DNA of 24,987 nt from Chlamydiota bacterium. Its GTDB lineage: Bacteria; Chlamydiota; Chlamydiia; Chlamydiales; SM23-39. This document shows, in pieces, positions 1 through 9,465 of the stretch; within the stretch, counting starts at the first letter, position 1; every line of letters starts with the position of its first letter. Both the position numbers and the translations under genes were made by a program. The stretch is taken from NCBI GenBank assembly GCA_050049995.1, contig JASFVE010000027.1, positions 1-24,987 on the forward strand. Direction: 5' to 3'. Under the pieces are notes generated by a model. The model searched no databases. It was not told where the DNA came from and saw only the letters and a list, made by a program, of their open reading frames with translations.

Positions 1-1049
1 TTATCAAAGGCTATAGTTTTACAGGATGCCAGCGCATCAAGGGTAATCCCTCCCTTAAGTAATATCCCTTTTCGAGCACAGGAGCTAATAGCTGAAAGGT
101 AAGCAGTAGGTGTGGCAATAATTAATGCGCAAGGAGAAGCAGCGATCATAAAGGCTAAGGCTCTATAAATGGAGCCTTCATCACCTAAGTAATTGATAGA
201 GAAGATCCATGGCAGGGTAAAAGCAAATAAAAAGGTAAGACCTATAACAGATGAGGCATATACTTTTCCAAAACGGTCAAGCCATCTTTGTAATTTGGGC
301 TTTGCTTCTTGCGCCTGAGTAATTAATTGGATAATTTTAGAAAGAGTAGAATCTGAGCTAGTTCTGGTTACTAATAAAGTTATAGCTGATTCTAAATTAC
401 GTGCGCCAGCAGGTACCTCATCCTCAACATCTTTTACAACAGGTGCACTTTCACCAGTTAAATGTACAAGATTAAAAGAAGACCTTCCTTCTATGATCTT
501 CCCATCTAAAGGAACAATTTCTCCGGCTTTTACTAAAAGCTTGGCGTTAACGGGGATCTCTTTAATGGACATTTGATACGTTGAACCATCCTCATCCACT
601 ATCCACCCCATGGTAGGGGACAGTTCGTGAAGTTTATGTAGAGCTCCTCGTGCTTTGTAAGTCACTGTAGATTCCATTGCTCCTGACAGCTCAAATAGTA
701 CCAGTAATAAAGCACCCTCCATGGCATTGCCAATAAGAACTGCTAAGAATGCTGCCAGCGTCATTAATACATCGATGTTTATTTCTAAGTTTTTGAAATC
801 CTTAATAGTATTTATTAAGGCAGGTGTTCCTGCTAAAAAATACACGATAGATAAACATAAAAAAGATAGTGGTCCGTTAAAAAAAGAAAGAACAAACGCA
901 AGAAAAAGAAAAATAGCAGAAGATAAAGCAGACCTAAGGGAAATGTTTTTTCCCCACTCTCTAGATTTTTCTGTTAGAAAGGGGCTGACCCTCTCTTCAA
1001 ACCCAGATGCGAAAAACTCATCAAAAACATAAGGTTTGTGCTCAATCAT
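1..1049 (-). CDS. Heavy-metal-translocating P1B-type ATPase (CadA/ZntA-like, SPC motif); 5' part, runs off the left edge
   Basis: Not in the ORF track; read by hand. ATG at 1049 overlaps the upstream TGA (ATGA) and gives MIEHKPYVFDEFFASG. Contains HLTGES (actuator domain), IAASPCALI (transmembrane metal site) and IAFD(K) at the window edge, the start of the DKTGT motif. Confidence 0.93.
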   Translation of the reverse strand, partial: MIEHKPYVFDEFFASGFEERVSPFLTEKSREWGKNISLRSALSSAIFLFLAFVLSFFNGPLSFLCLSIVYFLAGTPALINTIKDFKNLEINIDVLMTLAAFLAVLIGNAMEGALLLVLFELSGAMESTVTYKARGALHKLHELSPTMGWIVDEDGSTYQMSIKEIPVNAKLLVKAGEIVPLDGKIIEGRSSFNLVHLTGESAPVVKDVEDEVPAGARNLESAITLLVTRTSSDSTLSKIIQLITQAQEAKPKLQRWLDRFGKVYASSVIGLTFLFAFTLPWIFSINYLGDEGSIYRALAFMIAASPCALIIATPTAYLSAISSCARKGILLKGGITLDALASCKTIAFD

Positions 1050-1807
1050 GATGGCAAAAATATAGTTTTAATGATTTGGCTTAAAAAATAAATAAAGGCA
1101 GAAGAAATGCCAAGTAGGGCAATTTTCCATATAAAAGAAGATAGAAATTCTATTTTTTCTTTTTTTGAGATTGTCAAAATGCAACCAACAAAAACTAAAA
1201 AGCTTCCTATATAAATGCCATAACTAGGAAGTAAATATAGAAAAATCCCCAGCACAAAACTGCTAGATATTACACCTAGCAAAGAACCTACAGCATCTTT
1301 TAATGGATGTTCAAAAGCGCCAAGAGTAAGGCCCATTTCTTCTTCTAACATTATTTGTAGTAAGCGATTATCATCTGCCATTAAAACATTGACCACATCA
1401 GATAACAGTTTACCGGTAAAGCCTTTTGCTTTGTACAGCGCTTCTAGCTCTTCTTTTTCTTGTTGCCTATGGTGTTCAATCTCATATTTTTCTTCAGTGA
1501 TCAGTTTATTTAATCTTTGAAGCCGAAACCATCCTAAATAAGCAGATCTACCAACATTCCATACCAGCCATCCAAAGAAAAAAAAGCTGAAAATCATCCA
1601 GGTTTGTCTAGTAGGGATAAGCATCGACTGCATAGAAATCCATAATAATAGATAAATTGCAGCAGTGCTTTGAGCAGAATAAAGAAGAGCACCTATATAG
1701 CCAGAGACTTCAATGCCGTGGGTTTCAGAGCTAGCTAGCTTTCCTTTAATACGAGCTTCTAAGACGTGCCCTAAAGCATCTTTGTTTTTAAAGTGTTTAT
1801 GTACCAT
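1046..1807 (-). CDS. VIT1/CCC1-family membrane protein (putative Fe/Mn transporter)
   Basis: Several hydrophobic helices flank an acidic domain (EEKYEIEHHRQQEKEELEALYKAKGF...MLEEEMG) typical of the VIT1 metal-binding domain. Overlaps both serS and the ATPase. Confidence 0.75.
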   Translation of the reverse strand: MVHKHFKNKDALGHVLEARIKGKLASSETHGIEVSGYIGALLYSAQSTAAIYLLLWISMQSMLIPTRQTWMIFSFFFFGWLVWNVGRSAYLGWFRLQRLNKLITEEKYEIEHHRQQEKEELEALYKAKGFTGKLLSDVVNVLMADDNRLLQIMLEEEMGLTLGAFEHPLKDAVGSLLGVISSSFVLGIFLYLLPSYGIYIGSFLVFVGCILTISKKEKIEFLSSFIWKIALLGISSAFIYFLSQIIKTIFLPS

Positions 1808-3083
1808 TCGGGGCTAATACTTGCATTTGTTTTTCTAAATATGGCTGAAGGGCCTTTGGGATCTTTACAGTACCATCTTCTTGTTGATGAGTTTCTAGTA
1901 AAGATACCATGAGTCTGGATGTTGCCACGCCAGAGCCGTTTAATGTATGAACAAATTTAGGCTTATCGGTTTTTGATTTATAGCGAATTTTTGATCTTCT
2001 TGCTTGAAAATCGGTGCAGTTGGAAATAGAAGATACTTCGTAATAGCGATTTTGTCCCGGAAGCCAAGCTTCAATATCGATTGTTTTAGCTGAAGCAAAA
2101 GACATATCTGAAGTTACTAAAAGCATATTTCTATAATGAAGCTCTAGTCCTTGCACGACTTCCTCTGCAGACTGCAGCATTTTTTCAAAAGCAGCTTCAG
2201 ACTCATCAGGTTTAGTTAAACAGAAAAGCTCCACTTTATTAAATTGGTGAGTTCTAATAAGTCCTCTTTCTTTTTCACCTGCAGCGCCTGCTTCTCTTCT
2301 AAAGCATGGGGTATAGCTGACATAAGAGATAGGCAAACTGTCCTCGTCTAGGATTTCATCAAAATGCATTCCATTTAATGCAGCTTCAGCTGTTGGGACA
2401 AGGTATAGTTGAAAATCCTCATCTTTAATTTTGAACTGTTGGTCTTCAAATTTTGGTAAGTGAGCAGATCCAAACATGATTTCAGGTTTAACAAGTATAG
2501 GCGGAATGATTTGGGTAAAACCATTTTTTCTATGAATGTCTAACATGTAATTTAAAAGAGCCCATTCAAGTCTTGCTCCAAAACCAGTATAAATAGGAAA
2601 GCCAGATCCTGAAATTTTTGCACCTCTTACAAAATCAAATAGATGGAGGGTTTCATTGAGCTCAATATGATTTTTAGCAGGAAAATCAAAAACTTTTTTT
2701 TCGCCAAAAGCTTTTATTTCAACATTGTCTTTTGGGTCTAAAGAAACTTTTATCCCATCCATTGGAAGATTGGGAAGTCGTGCAAATAAATCGTTAAATT
2801 TTTTTTCTAAATCCTTTAGTTGTAGATCAATTTGTGTGACTTCATCTCCTATTCCGTCCACTTCCTTTAAGAGATCTTCAGCATCTTTTTTTTCCCTCTT
2901 TCGAACTCCAATTTCTTTAGAAATTTTATTTCTTTTTGCTTTAAGTTCTTCTACCTGGGTTTTATGGGATCTTATATTTTCATCTAAGGTAAGAATTTCT
3001 TGAATGTTTACAGAAGGGTCTTTTGATAGAAGTTTTTTTTCGAAAAAATCTGGGTTTGAGCGAAGTTCTTTTAAATCTAGCAT
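1797..3083 (-). CDS. serS: Serine--tRNA ligase
   Basis: MLDLKELR N-terminus with coiled-coil arm; PTAE, FRREAG...GLIRTHQFNKVE, EVSSISNCTDFQARR and HTLNGSG motifs. Confidence 0.99.
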   Translation of the reverse strand: MLDLKELRSNPDFFEKKLLSKDPSVNIQEILTLDENIRSHKTQVEELKAKRNKISKEIGVRKREKKDAEDLLKEVDGIGDEVTQIDLQLKDLEKKFNDLFARLPNLPMDGIKVSLDPKDNVEIKAFGEKKVFDFPAKNHIELNETLHLFDFVRGAKISGSGFPIYTGFGARLEWALLNYMLDIHRKNGFTQIIPPILVKPEIMFGSAHLPKFEDQQFKIKDEDFQLYLVPTAEAALNGMHFDEILDEDSLPISYVSYTPCFRREAGAAGEKERGLIRTHQFNKVELFCLTKPDESEAAFEKMLQSAEEVVQGLELHYRNMLLVTSDMSFASAKTIDIEAWLPGQNRYYEVSSISNCTDFQARRSKIRYKSKTDKPKFVHTLNGSGVATSRLMVSLLETHQQEDGTVKIPKALQPYLEKQMQVLAPNGT

Positions 3084-3160
3084 ATTTTACCTATATTAAG
3101 AGCAAATATAACTCTTATATCCATTATAATGCAATTAGGTAGAGCTTCTCTCAAAAATAT

Positions 3161-4237
3161 TTAATAGTCCAATTTGACAGAGGCAGTTAGACCATGGTAG
3201 GTTAAGTCATATCCAGATTCAAAAGCTTCTGAGTTAGGGAAATAGATGCGTATTTGATTAGGAAAGAGCCCAATCTCATAACCTAGTTGAAATCCAACGT
3301 ATTTATTTTGGGCTATCAATTGATTTCCGTACTTTATCCCAGTAGAAAACTGGATTCCATATTTTGCTTCACGCTTTTTATTATCAGAGTCAATTACAAA
3401 AGGTACAAAAATGGGATCAGTTGAGTTGATTCGAGTTCCTTCTTCTCGTTTCCGTAGATTAAATTCGCCATAAAGACCTGACACAGCTAAATCATTAAAA
3501 ATTTCCAACCCTCCTGCAATTATCCAAGAAGTTTTAAACCCTAGAATAATTCCAGCAGACCGATAATGGTTATTTAGATCAACGTGGTCTTTGGCAAAAA
3601 TGCTAACATTTGTATTTAATGCCCGGTAATCCATTCGCATATCATTTTTAATGATAGCTCCTCTAAGGCCGACAAAGGGATGAAAATGGAATTGAGAATA
3701 TAAAAAAAGATTTTTTGTTAATAAAAAGTCTAAAAATTTAAGTCTTACTCTTTGGTTAGCATAAGCATCTTCAGGAGTGGAGGCCAAATCAGTAATGCCC
3801 ACTTGTTGCCAAAAGTTGCCATTTAAAGCAATTACAGCTCCAGCATGTCCATTAGTAGTGGCTCTATCCTGTCCGTCTGCTGAATATTGCGTCCAATTAA
3901 CTGATGTAGACCACATGTTAGGTAAGTAAAATCCAAGGTGAAGGCGATAACCTGCATGAAACTTCATTTGCACAGTTCCCTCACGGCGACTGTCTGTAAA
4001 AGAGACTGTGTTAAAAATGCCAGGGACATTTGAACCAGGTCGGAAGTATTTTACAGAATAAACAATGGGAGCTGTTGCTTTCCAATAAAGGTAGTCTCCT
4101 CCAAAGAAAAAGATGCCATTATCTAAGGGGGCTTCATGGGACTTTTCAAATGGAAGTGGTTTTTCAGATTGGTAGTTGTTCAGGTAAACAGCACAAACAA
4201 AAAATGTAGGGAGTAAAAAAAATAAAACTTTCTTCAT
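3161..4237 (-). CDS. MOMP-like / Lpg1974-family outer membrane beta-barrel protein
   Basis: Signal peptide, YLYWKA and GYRLHLG motifs, amphipathic strands, C-terminal aromatic residue (KLDY). Paralog of 4258..5547. Confidence 0.8.
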   Translation of the reverse strand: MKKVLFFLLPTFFVCAVYLNNYQSEKPLPFEKSHEAPLDNGIFFFGGDYLYWKATAPIVYSVKYFRPGSNVPGIFNTVSFTDSRREGTVQMKFHAGYRLHLGFYLPNMWSTSVNWTQYSADGQDRATTNGHAGAVIALNGNFWQQVGITDLASTPEDAYANQRVRLKFLDFLLTKNLFLYSQFHFHPFVGLRGAIIKNDMRMDYRALNTNVSIFAKDHVDLNNHYRSAGIILGFKTSWIIAGGLEIFNDLAVSGLYGEFNLRKREEGTRINSTDPIFVPFVIDSDNKKREAKYGIQFSTGIKYGNQLIAQNKYVGFQLGYEIGLFPNQIRIYFPNSEAFESGYDLTYHGLTASVKLDY

Positions 4238-4257
4238 GCTTTTGTATTCTCCTTATA

Positions 4258-5547
4258 TTAAAAGTCCAATCTGGCTGCTGTAGTAAGTCCATGAATTGTT
4301 TGATCTACATTATTTGGAAGCGCAGAAGCACCTGATCTCGAGATTTGAATTTGAGAAGGATAGATGCTTATTTCATATCCTGCCTTAAGTCCAATATGCA
4401 TTTTTTCATCTTTAATTGTTTTTCCCCAATTGATGCCAAAAAGGAATTCAAATATAGGTTTTGCCATGTATAGCTTTTTATGATTAGTGGCAATATAAGG
4501 CACAATAAGAGGGTCTGACGAATTAACAAAATGATACGCTTCTTTGTGAGTCAGATCATATCTTCCCCAAATTCCAGAAAGAGTAAGGTTTCCAAAAATT
4601 TCAAAACCGTAGCCTAATAGCCAATTTGCTTTAAAACCAGTAAGCAATCCAAAAGCTTTAAAGTGATTGTTTACATCAATACTATCTGTTCCAAATAGAC
4701 CGGATGCTACATTCAATTGCGATCCTAAAATATTTAAATCGTTTTTAATCCAGCCATATCTTAAACCAAAAAAAGGACTGAAACTAAACTTGGACCACCA
4801 GAAAAGTGACCTTTCCATTACCCAGTCTAATAGTTTTAAGCGAATTTTTTGGGTAGCACTACCAGCTTCGGGGCCACCTCCTGCTCCATTTTCTGTTGGG
4901 TTTAGTGATTGCCATATAATGTTTAAGGAATAACGGTCGGGATCGCCTAATTCATCAAGAGAGTTAGAACCTCTGGCCATAAACTGCGTGTATTGAAAAT
5001 AGGTTGTCCACCCCTCAGGAGGAAGGTAGAATCCCAGCTGTAGGCGGTATCCGGCATGAGCTTTCATATCAACTGTTCCCACAACTATATCATTGGAAAA
5101 ACTAGAGGGTAAGTCAGGGTTTTGAGCTTGGATGTTTTCTGCTCTAGTTGCCCATACAATTGGTACTTTGGGTTTCCAGTATAAAAACTGGCCCTCAACA
5201 AACATAGATCCTTCACAAAGAGGATATTCATAGGACCAAAGATTGGCATCTTCAATTACTTTTCTTTTGCTAGTGGGTGTAGACTGGGTTGTGGGGGGAG
5301 TGTCTTCTTTAGTTTGTACAGTGGTTGGTTGAGTTGTAGATTCAGTGGCCCCGATTTCAATGTGGATTTTAGCATTTGATTTCCATTCAACATTATCTCC
5401 TTTAAAATAAATCTCACCTTCATCGGTAATTGTTTTATTTGGCTCATCAGTTATATAAATATTTTGATCGCTATCGAAATCTTCATTTTCTGTGCCGTAA
5501 ACAAATATTGATAAGCTGAAAAACAATCCTAAAATCTTTGATTTCAT
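4258..5547 (-). CDS. MOMP-like / Lpg1974-family outer membrane beta-barrel protein with N-terminal extension
   Basis: Signal peptide, acidic segment and Thr/Pro-rich linker, then FLYWKP, GYRLQLG and C-terminal RLDF. Confidence 0.8.
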   Translation of the reverse strand: MKSKILGLFFSLSIFVYGTENEDFDSDQNIYITDEPNKTITDEGEIYFKGDNVEWKSNAKIHIEIGATESTTQPTTVQTKEDTPPTTQSTPTSKRKVIEDANLWSYEYPLCEGSMFVEGQFLYWKPKVPIVWATRAENIQAQNPDLPSSFSNDIVVGTVDMKAHAGYRLQLGFYLPPEGWTTYFQYTQFMARGSNSLDELGDPDRYSLNIIWQSLNPTENGAGGGPEAGSATQKIRLKLLDWVMERSLFWWSKFSFSPFFGLRYGWIKNDLNILGSQLNVASGLFGTDSIDVNNHFKAFGLLTGFKANWLLGYGFEIFGNLTLSGIWGRYDLTHKEAYHFVNSSDPLIVPYIATNHKKLYMAKPIFEFLFGINWGKTIKDEKMHIGLKAGYEISIYPSQIQISRSGASALPNNVDQTIHGLTTAARLDF

Positions 5548-5665
5548 TTTATCTCCGCAAATTTAACGCTAAAAAATTGACTTTAATTATAGGAAGTTTT
5601 TTGTACAAATATTTCTTTAAAAAAGTAAAATTTATTTATTGATGACTGCTATCTTTTTGTTTCTC

Positions 5666-5694
5666 TTGCAACGGTTTTTAGGATTTGTTACGAT
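5666..5694 (+). promoter_or_regulatory. Putative sigma66/sigma70-type promoter of the UPF0158 gene
   Basis: TTGCAA-17 nt-TACGAT with an extended TGn, 30 nt upstream of the ATG at 5725. Confidence 0.55.
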
Positions 5695-5724
5695 TCAGTT
5701 TATTTTTAGTTCAAGGTTTAGTAC

Positions 5725-6858
5725 ATGGCAAAAAAACAATCTGAAGCTCAGAATCCTTTAATCCTGCGATTTCATCGCCTAATGGACGCATTTGCAAAGT
5801 CTGATGATGAAAGAGATTTTTACTTAGATAAAATGGAAGGGTTTATAGTTTACGTCGACTTAGATAAGCAAGAACAGGAGTTAGAATCCTTAGAGCAGGA
5901 GATTTCTACTAATTCTGAAAGATATTGCCTAATTCCTAAAATGACTTTTTATGAAGTAAAAAAATTCATGGAAGGGTTTGTCAATGAAAAAGTTTACGAC
6001 ATTGATACTAAAGAAAAATTACTAGATATAATTGGTGCAAGAGATTCTAGAGAAAACTTTCTTGAATTTATTTATGATCACTTGACTGAACTGGAAAAAT
6101 GGCAGGCATACTATCAAGAAAGATCTAGAATAAGAATTATTGAATGGCTTCGAAATGAAAACATTCATTTTGTTTTTGAAGAAGACTTAGATATTAACGT
6201 GAATGTTTTAGAAAAAGTAAAAAGAAACTTATTTGAAACAAAAGTTCCTAAAGATGTTTCTAATGCAAGGGATGCCATTCAGGCAAAAGCTAAAACTTAT
6301 TATTCTAACGAGGCTTTGAATCCAAGGCCTAAAAGAGGAAGACCTCCTAAACAGCAAGTTAAAGTAGAAATAGAGCCACAATTTACTGTTGATATCTATA
6401 CAACAGTACCTAAGCCTGTGCGTCCCTTTCTGTATATTCCTGATATTACAAGTGCATCTGCCGTTACATTCTCTGCAAAATTTGAAACAGAAGAAGAGCT
6501 TTTAGCTTCTTTAAGAGGTGGTACTCGTTTAAAGGTAGATGAAAAACTAGAAGCACTTTCCCAAAGGCTCGAGTCTTTAAGAACTTTATCAGACAGACTC
6601 GCAGGTCAAGAAAAGTCTTTAGGTATTCAGCCTGTTAAGAGCCCATTTAAAACGCCTTCAAAATTTTCTGATAAAAAATCTATCTCCCTTACAAAAGGTG
6701 AAGAAAAATTTGAATCAGCTGTTGGAGAAGCATTCACAGGTAGAAAAGCACCTACGCAAGAGGATGGAGCTGAGATTTTTTCTCCACAAAAACGTAAAAA
6801 ATTTTCTAGAAGAGAAGTCTCTCCTATAAACCCTAGTAAGAAAAAACAGAAAGAATAA
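5725..6858 (+). CDS. UPF0158-family chlamydial conserved protein (CT429-like)
   Basis: QNPLILRFHRLMDAFAKSDDERDFYLD N-terminus and RPKRGRPPKQ match my recollection of the chlamydial UPF0158 protein. Confidence 0.8.
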   Translation: MAKKQSEAQNPLILRFHRLMDAFAKSDDERDFYLDKMEGFIVYVDLDKQEQELESLEQEISTNSERYCLIPKMTFYEVKKFMEGFVNEKVYDIDTKEKLLDIIGARDSRENFLEFIYDHLTELEKWQAYYQERSRIRIIEWLRNENIHFVFEEDLDINVNVLEKVKRNLFETKVPKDVSNARDAIQAKAKTYYSNEALNPRPKRGRPPKQQVKVEIEPQFTVDIYTTVPKPVRPFLYIPDITSASAVTFSAKFETEEELLASLRGGTRLKVDEKLEALSQRLESLRTLSDRLAGQEKSLGIQPVKSPFKTPSKFSDKKSISLTKGEEKFESAVGEAFTGRKAPTQEDGAEIFSPQKRKKFSRREVSPINPSKKKQKE

Positions 6859-6914
6859 TTCCTTTTTATTAGGAAAAAGGTTATCGTTATAATAATAATT
6901 TATATATTTTTGTT

Positions 6915-8930
6915 ATGACAATTACATCTATTCCACTAGAAACTAAGCTATCAATAGAAGTTTTGAGATCCATGTATTTAACAAGATTCATGGATGATAA
7001 GCTATCTAAATTAGTTAGGCAGAATAAAGGGGGGACCTTTCACCTTTCAGTCAACGGCCATGAGTTAATTGGCTGCTTAGCTGCCCATTGTTTAGTGTCT
7101 GGAAAAGACTGGGGCTTCCCTTATTATCGAGATAGGGGATTTGCCTTAGGACTCGGTTGTTGTCCAGTTGAGCTAATTGGGTCCTTTTTAGCTAGAGATG
7201 TTCCTAATCACTCCGGTGGAAGAATGATGCCTGAGCATTTTGTCGATGTTAAACTTAATATCCCATGTCAATCAAGTTGTGTTGGTTCGCAGTTTTTGCA
7301 AGCAACTGGAACTGCCTTAAGTGCAAAATTAAGAAAGAAAGATGAAGTCGTATATGTCTCAGCGGGAGATGGCGCTACTTCGCAAGGTGATTTCCATGAA
7401 GCTTTAAATTTTGCTTCTATTCATAAACTTCCTGTTATTTTTGTTATTCAAGATAATGAGTGGGCAATTTCTGTGCCTCAAAAAGAGCAGACATCAGGTA
7501 CTAGCATTGCTAAAATGACCTCAGGATATGAAGGACTTTTAGTTCAAGAAGTGGATGGGGGTAGTTTCGAACACTGCCTTGATGCTATGAAAAAGGCAAT
7601 TCAAAAAGGAAGGGCAGGTCAGGGTCCTTCGCTGCTAGTAGCTAAAGTTCCAAGAATAGGAGCTCATAGCAGTAGTGACGATCCTAAAAAATATAAATCT
7701 CAAGAAATTATAGATAGTGAAGTAGCTAAGGATCCCATTTTAAAAATGGAAAAGTGGATTTTATCAGAAAATATACTGACAGAATCTGAGCTAGAAGCAC
7801 TTAAAAAAGAATGTAAAGAAGCTATTGAAACTGCTGCTAAAAAAGCAGATGAGTATCCTTATCCAGATCCAAAAACAGCCGATACCAAAGTTTTTAAAGA
7901 ATTTTCTGTGGAAGATACAATGACAGAAAAAGAAGGGGATGAAATCGTTATGATGGACGCCCTGAATCATGCTCTTGTAGAAGAGATGGAAAAAGATAAA
8001 AATGTCATTGTTTTTGGTCAGGATGTAGCTCATGGCAAAGGTGGGGTGTTCGGCATAACTCGAGGCCTTACGGAAAAATTTGGATATTATAGATGTTTTA
8101 ATACTCCTTTAGCAGAGTCTACAATTGTTGGTATTGCAACTGGTCTTTCTTTTGACAAAAAGCACAAGCCAGTAGCTGAAATACAATTTGCTGATTATTC
8201 TTGGACTGCTATGAACCAGCTTATTAATGAAGTAGCTAGTATTCATTATAGATCGAATGGGCAAAACTCTTGTCCTATAGTTATTCGGATGCCTTATGGA
8301 GGCTATATTCAAGGGGGGCCTTACCATTCTCAAAGTATTGAAGGGTTTTTAACCCATCAACCAGGTTTGAAAGTTGTCATACCTTCCAATGCAGCTGACG
8401 CTAAAAGACTTTTAAAGACGGCTATTTTAGATCCTAATCCTGTGGTATTTTTAGAGCATAAGGCTCTGTATCGACAAAGGATGTTTTCTGCTAGAAAAGA
8501 GCCTGATGAAAACTCTTATCTTCCCTTTGGAAAAGCTAACGTAGTAACGCAAGGGAATGATGTGACAGTTATTGCTTGGGGAATGATGGCCATGATGGGA
8601 AAAGAAGTTTCAGATAGGTTAAAGCAAGAGGGTATTTCCGTTGAGCTTATTGACTTAAGAACTTTAGTTCCTTTAGATCTTGATACTATTTTACAATCAG
8701 TTCGAAAAACAGGAAAAGTGCTCATTGTTCATGAAGCGCAGAAAAATTGCGGCTTTGGCGCTGAACTTAGTGCAACTATCACTGAGCATGCTTTTGATAG
8801 TTTAGATGCACCTATTAAAAGGCTTACAGGTAAAGACTGTGTTGTTCCTTATTCTAAAGTGTTAGAAGATGCTGTCTTACCACAAAAGGAAGACCTGCTT
8901 CAAGCTATTAGAAAGCTTGCTAACTATTGA
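6915..8930 (+). CDS. Fused 2-oxoacid (probably 2-oxoisovalerate) dehydrogenase E1 alpha/beta
   Basis: TPP-binding GDGATSQGDFHEALN...N and HSSSDD loop (alpha part); FGQDV, NTPLAE, EIQFADY and GGPYHSQS (beta part). The alpha/beta fusion is typical of chlamydiae. Confidence 0.93.
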   Translation: MTITSIPLETKLSIEVLRSMYLTRFMDDKLSKLVRQNKGGTFHLSVNGHELIGCLAAHCLVSGKDWGFPYYRDRGFALGLGCCPVELIGSFLARDVPNHSGGRMMPEHFVDVKLNIPCQSSCVGSQFLQATGTALSAKLRKKDEVVYVSAGDGATSQGDFHEALNFASIHKLPVIFVIQDNEWAISVPQKEQTSGTSIAKMTSGYEGLLVQEVDGGSFEHCLDAMKKAIQKGRAGQGPSLLVAKVPRIGAHSSSDDPKKYKSQEIIDSEVAKDPILKMEKWILSENILTESELEALKKECKEAIETAAKKADEYPYPDPKTADTKVFKEFSVEDTMTEKEGDEIVMMDALNHALVEEMEKDKNVIVFGQDVAHGKGGVFGITRGLTEKFGYYRCFNTPLAESTIVGIATGLSFDKKHKPVAEIQFADYSWTAMNQLINEVASIHYRSNGQNSCPIVIRMPYGGYIQGGPYHSQSIEGFLTHQPGLKVVIPSNAADAKRLLKTAILDPNPVVFLEHKALYRQRMFSARKEPDENSYLPFGKANVVTQGNDVTVIAWGMMAMMGKEVSDRLKQEGISVELIDLRTLVPLDLDTILQSVRKTGKVLIVHEAQKNCGFGAELSATITEHAFDSLDAPIKRLTGKDCVVPYSKVLEDAVLPQKEDLLQAIRKLANY

Positions 8931-9325
8931 TTTTTTAGACGTGTGTAAGACTTTCTTGTTCTTACCGGTGTTTTTCTGGTCTTTTGTCTAGGAAAGTGGA
9001 TTACAGTCATTTTATCTGCTGCATTTTCTACAAACTCACTGTTCAATTTTTCAAACTTATGTAATTTTCTTTTAATTTTGCAGGTCACTGACTTTTTATT
9101 GGGAACCTTTACATCTGTTTGTTTTTTTTCTAGCATGCCATCCATGTGGATTAAATGAGCTAGCAAACTTTCTTGTGTTTTCTGAAAAGCATCCACTTCT
9201 GTTTTGGTAAGCTCATTTCTAGCAGCTGAATTCATTGCTTCTGCATTCTCAATTAACTGATCTAATGTAGACTCGATTTCAAAGTAAATTTCTTCTCCAA
9301 CCATTTCACACCTCAAAACAGACAT
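8924..9325 (-). CDS. Hypothetical helical protein with basic C-terminus
   Basis: 133-aa ORF filling the gap, convergent with E1 (7-nt overlap). Alternative ATG at 9304. Confidence 0.7.
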   Translation of the reverse strand: MSVLRCEMVGEEIYFEIESTLDQLIENAEAMNSAARNELTKTEVDAFQKTQESLLAHLIHMDGMLEKKQTDVKVPNKKSVTCKIKRKLHKFEKLNSEFVENAADKMTVIHFPRQKTRKTPVRTRKSYTRLKNQ

Positions 9326-9465
9326 AAAAATTACTTATTAATAATTATGTTTAATTTTGTCAAATTTATTGAATTTTTATTCAGATTAATTCTTTTGAAA
9401 AATGATTTTTTATTTATAATTTTTGCATCTACTTTTCACTAAAATTTAAGGAAGAGAAATTTTTT

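Noticed and set aside
721..1032. 103-aa plus-strand ORF
   Set aside because: Antisense shadow of the P-type ATPase, which the ORF track missed because it runs off the window.
3092..3155. Hairpin (TAAGAG/CTCTTA), CATTATAATG palindrome and a TTAGGT half-site upstream of serS as a possible metal-regulator box
   Set aside because: Short and AT-rich, with no full match to Fur, PerR or DtxR consensus; the gap is too short for a T-box.
6861..6880. CCTTTTT-ATTAGG-AAAAAGG hairpin after the UPF0158 gene
   Set aside because: Weak AT-rich stem without a U tract; not supportable as a terminator.
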